DNA from: an uncultured virus (IMG/VR IMGVR_UViG_3300017963_000250)
Taxonomy: Duplodnaviria; Heunggongvirae; Uroviricota; Caudoviricetes
Virus record (IMG/VR): IMGVR_UViG_3300017963_000250
Strand: one strand, 5' to 3'
DNA: 20,000 bases
This document shows, piece by piece, positions 14,459 through 20,000 of this stretch. The notes beneath the pieces were generated by a model. The model did not search any database and was not told the DNA's origin. It worked only from the letters and a program-made list of their open reading frames with translations. The translations under genes were made by a program, and so were the position numbers. Position 1 is the first letter of the stretch, and each line of letters opens with the position of its first letter.

Positions 14459-15392
14459 GTCTTGTCCTCTGATATATACGTCTTATAAAATTGTCAAAGC
14501 TATTTACCGTGTCATCGACATGCACCACTGTCCCGCCGTCCATTTTCATCCTATTTGGAATGTACATGTCAAGCATGTCTGAATCAAACCAGCCCGCCTT
14601 CTTCGCCATCTCTTTTATCCTTCGACCAAGAAGTCGTGAACTGCTGACCTCAGAATACTGATATCCTAACCAGCGAAGATATTTTATAGACATCCTGTTG
14701 TACAATTGGGTATACGTGACCCCTTTTTTTCTTAGCCGGGCTCTAAACTTTTTTACCATACCAAAATGTCCAATTTCTTCTCCAACGCCCATAAATTCAT
14801 CTAGTTCCATTAGGGTCATAAACGGTCCGCCCATCTCGTCGGTAAGAAGGTCGTCAATATCTTCTATCGCCGGCTCGTACAGGGTACGTTTAGAAACTGG
14901 AGGAGACATAACTAATGCATACCTGTCCAAAGAAGTAATGTAAACAATAAATAACGGAGCATAGTTCAAAAACTTTGTGTCCCCTGGTGTCTTTGCGCCA
15001 GATACGCTAAAGGTTGTGTCGTCTGGATGAGAATGTATCGCAAAAATATTCTCCAACCCGCCAATTTCCATTACAACCTGACCAGGTATCTTCGAGGTAA
15101 GATAGTTCTTTCCATCTGCGATCAGGGTGTTTTGTCCCTCATATACAAGATACAAACCTATCTCATGTCCCTGTTTTGCTTTGTTTTTTGCAACTCTCTC
15201 AAAAACATCCATATTGCGAAAGACAAACCTGGCATAATAAAAAACAGCAAACCAAACCTTCTCCTTTTTCTTGTATCCTCCTCGATACTTCATGGGCTTC
15301 AGTGTCCCGTGCGTTCCGCTCTTCGTCAAAACTATCCGCTTTTTGTTTTTGTGTTCTAATATATCGCCTGGTTTGTATCCCTTCTCTGCCAT
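14448..15392 (-). CDS. JAB/MPN-like metallopeptidase domain protein (atypical spacing)
   Basis: HEIG (Glu) and IHSHPDDTTFS...GD resemble the JAMM E...HxH...S..D motif, but the Asp is further from the Ser than usual. Visibly AT-rich gene. Confidence 0.55.
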   Translation of the reverse strand: MAEKGYKPGDILEHKNKKRIVLTKSGTHGTLKPMKYRGGYKKKEKVWFAVFYYARFVFRNMDVFERVAKNKAKQGHEIGLYLVYEGQNTLIADGKNYLTSKIPGQVVMEIGGLENIFAIHSHPDDTTFSVSGAKTPGDTKFLNYAPLFIVYITSLDRYALVMSPPVSKRTLYEPAIEDIDDLLTDEMGGPFMTLMELDEFMGVGEEIGHFGMVKKFRARLRKKGVTYTQLYNRMSIKYLRWLGYQYSEVSSSRLLGRRIKEMAKKAGWFDSDMLDMYIPNRMKMDGGTVVHVDDTVNSFDNFIRRIYQRTRHAT

Positions 15393-15403
15393 TTTACTTC
15401 CTT

Positions 15404-15625
15404 CTACCTTTTCTTTTTCGTCGCCTTCTTCGCGGTTTTCTTCTTCGCGGCAGGTTTCCTTGCGGTCGTTTTCTTTTTCGCGGCGGGCTTTTTCTTCGCG
15501 GTTTTCTTTTTGGCGGTCGTTTTCTTTTTGGCTTTTTTCTTGGGTTTCGCGCTTTCGAGCATACCGCCCAAAATGCGCAAAGCTTTCTTCCTTGCCGGGG
15601 TCATTCTCACCATTTCTTCTGCCAT
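15404..15625 (-). CDS. Histone H1-like Lys/Ala-rich DNA-binding protein
   Basis: AAAGGTG RBS. KKTTAKKKTAKKKPAAKKKTTARKPAAKKK repeats. First gene of the leftward operon. Confidence 0.8.
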   Translation of the reverse strand: MAEEMVRMTPARKKALRILGGMLESAKPKKKAKKKTTAKKKTAKKKPAAKKKTTARKPAAKKKTAKKATKKKR

Positions 15626-15638
15626 AGTTTTACACCTT

Positions 15639-15791
15639 TATCACAAAAGTTTGACTGATATATCACGAAAGTTTGACTGATCTATCATATCGTATATATA
15701 GTAAATTACGTAATTGCAGGCGTGTCAATTAAAAAAGTATGACTGATCAGTCATATTTATCTTGACAAAAAGTCAAATATCAATATAGAAT
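15639..15791. promoter_or_regulatory. Divergent promoter/operator region
   Basis: Two 22-bp tandem repeats (15639-15682) and a perfect palindrome TATGACTGATCAGTCATA (15738-15755). Back-to-back TTGACA boxes on the minus (15723-15728) and plus (15762-15767) strands; the plus box has TAGAAT at 15786-15791. Confidence 0.7.
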
Positions 15792-15899
15792 AGGCAAAAT
15801 ATAGGGTCGGTTAATTTTTGGCCCTGTTATAAGTCACAACAACGTTTTGAAAGGTACGGCAGAAATGAAATAAAAAAAAATTTTTTCAGGAAAAAAAAC

Positions 15900-16499
15900 G
15901 TGAAAAGAAAAAGTAAAACCAAGGCAAAAAAACTCGCCAAGATAGAGGCGAGGAAAAAACGCCGGATAAACGTGTACGTGTGCCCGTTCTGCCTGGGGAT
16001 GAACAACTACATCCAGCCGTCGGTCGGCAACCACAAAAATTACTTCCGGTGCGATATCTGCCACGCTCGCGGGTTCGTCGAGGAGCAGATAGTAAAAGAA
16101 TACCTGATGATAGTCGAAGAGGTGATCGACAAGGAACTCCCGAACAAGCTTTACCGCGAAGACACCATCCCGCCCGAAAAGCAAGTGGATCTTATTGCGA
16201 AAGAGATCGCGATCAAAGAAGAAAAGGAGGATACAAAACGTGTGAGCCAATGGGACCGGACACTGTGGCTAAAAGAGTACCTGTGTCCGTTCTGTTTTAC
16301 CATGGAGACTTCCATCAAGATGAACAGGGGACTTGCGCACTACACCATCTTTTGCAAGCAATGCGCTTCGATATTTTTCCTTGACCGGATGGAGCGCGCG
16401 ATCCCGACGATGATGTTCATCGAACGCCTTCTTATCAAAAACTATTCGACCACTGACGCGGCCAGGCGCATTGCCAACAGTCGCACAAGGTCGATCTAA
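15900..16499 (+). CDS. Double Zn-ribbon protein, putative transcription regulator
   Basis: YVCPFC...CDIC and YLCPFC...CKQC; basic N-terminus. The GTG start is uncertain. Confidence 0.75.
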   Translation: MKRKSKTKAKKLAKIEARKKRRINVYVCPFCLGMNNYIQPSVGNHKNYFRCDICHARGFVEEQIVKEYLMIVEEVIDKELPNKLYREDTIPPEKQVDLIAKEIAIKEEKEDTKRVSQWDRTLWLKEYLCPFCFTMETSIKMNRGLAHYTIFCKQCASIFFLDRMERAIPTMMFIERLLIKNYSTTDAARRIANSRTRSI

Positions 16500-16516
16500 T
16501 TTTTAGGAGAGAGTAA

Positions 16517-16894
16517 ATGGTTGACGAAGAAAAACAAGGACAAGAACAGACCCAGGAACAGGGGCAGGACCCCGTAGTTACAGGCACACACTGCCCGCTG
16601 ATTTCGTCCTTCACGACGATCACTGAGCAGATGCGCGGCATCGTGCCGCCCGGCATGATGGGGCAGCATATCCCGCTGCTCGGCACCTGCATCGGCCCGA
16701 AATGTAAACCGTTCTGGCACCCGAAGCTGAACGAATGCCGGTTTGTCATCGCCACCGACATCCTCCACGACATCGGGTACTACCTGCACCGGTACTTCGA
16801 TGAGCTCGAAGACGAAGAGGACGAGCAAGAGCCCGAAACGGCAGACACCATAGGGGAGAAAGAAAGCGAGCCTGCCGGGCAGGAACCGAAATAA
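16517..16894 (+). CDS. Cys-containing hypothetical protein with acidic termini
   Basis: AGGAG RBS. CPL...CIGPKCKPFW...C is a possible metal site. Confidence 0.75.
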   Translation: MVDEEKQGQEQTQEQGQDPVVTGTHCPLISSFTTITEQMRGIVPPGMMGQHIPLLGTCIGPKCKPFWHPKLNECRFVIATDILHDIGYYLHRYFDELEDEEDEQEPETADTIGEKESEPAGQEPK

Positions 16895-16905
16895 GGGGGA
16901 CATCC

Positions 16906-18705
16906 ATGGCAACACTGACACCACCGAAAAAGAGAGAGAGGGACACCTCGTCGAGAGATATCCCGAAAAGCGAACTGCAAAACGAAGTCGCAAAGGCGAT
17001 AAAATCGCTGCCGGGCGACGCGAGCGCGTTTTACTGGTTGATAAAGAAAAAATCGGCAACAGGCGGGCTGCAAGAGACCGCGAAACTGCCGGCGAACGAA
17101 CCGGTCGAAGACAAGATCGCCGACTCCGAATGGGGCGGGCCGGGCGAATACCGGCTCTATCTCTTCGATAACGACGACAAGCGGATCGAGGAAGTAAAGA
17201 CCATGCGCGTCAACATCCCGGACCCGATCACCCTCAATATAGAGGACGATGACGACGACGATGACCGGCCACTGCGCAAACGCGGACCGTACGTGTATCG
17301 TGACCACCCGGAAGCGCCGTCGAGGCCGGAGGACTACATGGAGGTGCTCCAGCAAAACCATCGCCGCATGATCGAAACCATGCAGATGATGCAGATGCAA
17401 AAAATCCAGACGAACATGCTGGTCTCGGACGACGACGCAAAACCTCCCCCTCCCCAGGAAAAAAAAGACGACCCGACCATGGAGGCGATGCGAACGATAC
17501 TTGAGAACATGCATCGGCAAACGACCGAGACGATGCAAAAGATCGAGTCCGCGAAGCAACGCGACGACATAGTCTCGCAGAACGCACAGCAACGCCAGGA
17601 GACCCGCGACCTGATCCTGGCACTCAGCAAACGGGACGACGGGTCGGGGAACCTCACACAGCTTATCAGCAGCATGAACCAGCAGACCCAGGCGATGATG
17701 CATCAGATGAGCGAACAGAACCGAACCATGGTACAAACGATGATGGAGTCGACCAGGAGCCAGGTCGAGATGATCGCGAAGCAGATAGAGATCATGACCA
17801 AACCGCGTGACACCGGGTGGCAAAAGGTGCTCGAAAACCCGCTATTTATAAAACTCGCAACCGACCTGGTCAAAAGACCAGAATCGTCCCCGCTCGAAAA
17901 AATGGTGCCAGAACTTATCGGAGGCGTCGCGACCACGATGATGTCGACGAGCACGGCGATGGTGCAAAAAGTGATGGAGTTCCAGCACGCACCGAGTGAG
18001 GACCCGTTAATGCAAAAGGTCGAGGCCGCGCAAAAAATCGCCGGCATGATCACGCCGGCCATAAACGAGATCGTGGAGAAGATCGCCATAAGGCAACAGG
18101 AGCCTGCGCCATCGGCCGCGATCGACCAACCGCAACCGGCGATCCACGCCGCGCCGCCGACGCCTACTCCGCATCGGTTGCCGCCACCGGCACATTACCG
18201 ACCGGAACCGACCAATTACCAGGCCGAACCGGCCACGCCGCCGCAACCGAGTCCGGCCACGCCACCGACGAGTACGATCTCGGCCCACAACCCGTACATG
18301 CTCTTCCCGTCCGAACCGGTAACGGCGACCCCGACCCTTGGCGAGCAACCGATGCAACCTCCTCCGGAACCGGAAAAATCGCCACCACCAACACCTGCGC
18401 CCGCACAGGATCAGGTCATGGAGCCTGCCACCGAGGAGGAACGCAAGATCAAGGCCGAAGTGCAGAAAGCGTTCGCGATAATGATAACCTGCATCAAAAA
18501 GGACAAGCCCGAGTTTGACAAAGCGTTTGAGCAGGTACAAGCACAGACCCCGTTTATCGACAACATGATCAAAAACGCGACCATGGACGAACTCGTGGAA
18601 TTGATTAGCAAGTTCGGTCTCGACACAAAGACGATCGAGAAGCTAAAAGAGTTTTTCTTATTCTACAAAGAGAAAGCCAGAGAAGGAGCGCCGGCAAATG
18701 GATGA
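16906..18705 (+). CDS. Large Met/Gln-rich coiled-coil and Pro-rich protein of unknown function
   Basis: AAGGGGG RBS. Globular N-terminus (WGGPGEYRLYLFD), acidic tract, M/Q helices, long Pro-rich linker and helical C-terminal domain. Confidence 0.85.
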   Translation: MATLTPPKKRERDTSSRDIPKSELQNEVAKAIKSLPGDASAFYWLIKKKSATGGLQETAKLPANEPVEDKIADSEWGGPGEYRLYLFDNDDKRIEEVKTMRVNIPDPITLNIEDDDDDDDRPLRKRGPYVYRDHPEAPSRPEDYMEVLQQNHRRMIETMQMMQMQKIQTNMLVSDDDAKPPPPQEKKDDPTMEAMRTILENMHRQTTETMQKIESAKQRDDIVSQNAQQRQETRDLILALSKRDDGSGNLTQLISSMNQQTQAMMHQMSEQNRTMVQTMMESTRSQVEMIAKQIEIMTKPRDTGWQKVLENPLFIKLATDLVKRPESSPLEKMVPELIGGVATTMMSTSTAMVQKVMEFQHAPSEDPLMQKVEAAQKIAGMITPAINEIVEKIAIRQQEPAPSAAIDQPQPAIHAAPPTPTPHRLPPPAHYRPEPTNYQAEPATPPQPSPATPPTSTISAHNPYMLFPSEPVTATPTLGEQPMQPPPEPEKSPPPTPAPAQDQVMEPATEEERKIKAEVQKAFAIMITCIKKDKPEFDKAFEQVQAQTPFIDNMIKNATMDELVELISKFGLDTKTIEKLKEFFLFYKEKAREGAPANG

Positions 18706-18895
18706 CCGGTCAATCAACAGAAACACGGAAGCGATAAACCGGCTGGCCGAGGCGATCGAGAGCATGAACGACACCATAGAGAATATCGTCTCGGTGAGCT
18801 TCAACCCGCCACCGGGCGGCGGCGGCAGCGGGCCGGCCTGGGGCGACATACTCGGCAACGCCGCGGACTTCATAAGAAACATGAAGAAAGGATAA
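18698..18895 (+). CDS. Small protein: short coiled coil, PPPGGGG linker and amphipathic C-terminal helix
   Basis: Overlaps the upstream stop; AAGGAG RBS. Confidence 0.7.
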   Translation: MDDRSINRNTEAINRLAEAIESMNDTIENIVSVSFNPPPGGGGSGPAWGDILGNAADFIRNMKKG

Positions 18896-18898
18896 CCC

Positions 18899-19192
18899 AT
18901 GGAGGTCGCCATATATTCCGGATGCGGGGTAGTGCTCCTGGTGGTCGCCCTGGCCGCATTTCTCCTGTACAGGAGACACCAGGAACGGGGACTCCTCAAT
19001 ATGATCGATAAGTACACCCGGCTGCGTGAGGACGAAATCTCCAAGATATGGCCGGTGGAAGTCCCCATGATACGTGCGCCAGGCCAGTTTTTTCTCAAAA
19101 AAATGCTCGCAAAACTGAAGGCTGAAAACCGAATCGGGTACGACACTATCAGAAAAGAATTTACGTCAAATCGCATCAGAAAACTTTACTAG
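18899..19192 (+). CDS. Small protein with N-terminal TM helix
   Basis: AAAGGA RBS. CGVVLLVVALAAFLLYRR. Confidence 0.7.
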   Translation: MEVAIYSGCGVVLLVVALAAFLLYRRHQERGLLNMIDKYTRLREDEISKIWPVEVPMIRAPGQFFLKKMLAKLKAENRIGYDTIRKEFTSNRIRKLY

Positions 19193-19456
19193 TCATAACT
19201 GCTAGTTTTGCACCAATGTTCATAACCCCAGTTATGAACCAATGTTCATAACAACGACGTGATAGTGTGAAAAATTTTGCACAGTACCACATCGTCCCCT
19301 GGTCTCGCAAAAAAGTTTGTGCCGACAATGGCCTGGGGGTGATGTCGCAGAATTTCCCCTGTGCAAGTGTCACTATGTGTCATGGTCACAGGGTGACACT
19401 TGCGGGACAAATGCGGCATTGCCCCGGTGTTAACATTATTATATTGAGAAAAAATA

Positions 19457-19484
19457 TTGACTTATCCGGGGATTGTGGTATACT
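19457..19484 (+). promoter_or_regulatory. Possible sigma70-type promoter
   Basis: TTGACT-16 bp-TATACT with a TGn extension. Confidence 0.4.
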
Positions 19485-19602
19485 ATAAGCGTATCCAGAA
19501 CTGGATAGTGTCCAATTTTGGAGAATTCACTGTCCTCTTTTTAGGACACTTTCAATAAAAACAAGCTCGTACCTGTGCCGCAACAAAGCCAGGTTGAATT
19601 TT

Positions 19603-19663
19603 TTAAGTTGTTGAGCTGTAACAACTTAAGGCTAAATAAACTATTGTTGGCACAGTGTTTGCT
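19603..19663 (+). promoter_or_regulatory. Sigma54 (-24/-12) promoter with upstream IHF-like inverted site
   Basis: TTGGCAC-AGTGT-TTGCT at 19647-19663 has exact GG-N10-GC spacing. TTAAGTTGTT-N7-AACAACTTAA at 19603-19629 contains a TCAAnnnnTTA IHF-like core. Confidence 0.7.
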
Positions 19664-19673
19664 TTATACCTCT

Positions 19674-19987
19674 ACTGCCCGCGGCAGGGCGAAAGCCAGC
19701 CAGACCGCGCGGCGCTCTTTGACAATTATATACAGAGGGAGATTGACGCAGGATAAGCTACAGAAAAGCGAAACAGGCTGCCGGAAACGGTAAGTGTTTA
19801 GAGGCGCAAAAGTGCAACGAGCAAAAGTAAGTAGCTTATGACATGGCGGAGAAATTAGCTACCACTAATAATCCGCTCCGGGCGCAATAGAAACATTGCG
19901 TTTTTACCGGTGCCGAAATTAACCCTATAATACCCCTTTACCCCTAAAACAAAAGCCCCGGAAAACTTCGGTTTTCCGGGGCTTTTG
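19674..19987 (+). ncRNA. Candidate structured non-coding RNA or leader (~310 nt)
   Basis: Bounded by the predicted sigma54 +1 (A19674) and a terminator. Contains several hairpins with GAAA loops, a 9-bp long-range helix and boxA-like GCTCTTTGACAA. No credible ORF. Confidence 0.5.
19950..19987. terminator. Intrinsic terminator, probably bidirectional
   Basis: CAAAAGCCCCGGAAAAC-TTCG-GTTTTCCGGGGCTTTTG is a perfect 17-bp stem with a cUUCGg loop and A/T tracts on both sides. Confidence 0.9.
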
Positions 19988-20000
19988 CTATTTATAGAGA

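Noticed and set aside
16780..18540. Minus-strand ORFs opposite the 599-aa gene
   Set aside because: Antisense shadows; the plus-strand genes have RBSs and coupling.
19176..19890. Short ORFs in the right-hand region (19176..19373, 19267..19488, 19575..19793 and a 15-aa MAEKLATTNNPLRAQ at 19843-19890)
   Set aside because: No convincing RBS or protein features, and they run across promoter motifs and RNA stems.
19193..20000. tRNA, tmRNA or rRNA gene as an integration target
   Set aside because: No cloverleaf, T-loop (GTTCGA) or rRNA signature was found by eye despite the boxA-like motif.

Overview
The window looks like most of a compact virus or provirus genome with no close match I can recognise. 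A tightly packed minus-strand operon of about 24 genes runs from 15625 past the left edge. It encodes a histone-H1-like protein, a JAB/MPN-like metallopeptidase, a transglutaminase-like (Cys-His-Asp) protein fused to an amphipathic/hydrophobic/coiled-coil tail, several membrane-anchored proteins and very basic core-like proteins. It also encodes a cluster of all-beta proteins (one internally duplicated) that resemble single and double jelly-roll capsid proteins, and it ends in a Zn-finger plus Walker A ATPase that the ORF track missed. No terminase, portal, HK97 capsid, tail, integrase or polymerase gene is recognisable, so the best reading (inference) is a tailless, probably membrane-containing, Varidnaviria-like virus. 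Two short motifs recur across many unrelated structural proteins, basic-leader-NP and (M/L/I)G including six M(G/D)DYLTLP repeats, which suggests a proteolytic maturation programme. A divergent control region (15626-15899) leads to five plus-strand genes. The last 800 bp are non-coding and contain a near-consensus sigma54 promoter with IHF-like sites, followed by a boxA-containing, highly structured ~310-nt RNA candidate and a perfect terminator. All functional calls come from motifs read by eye; no searches were run.
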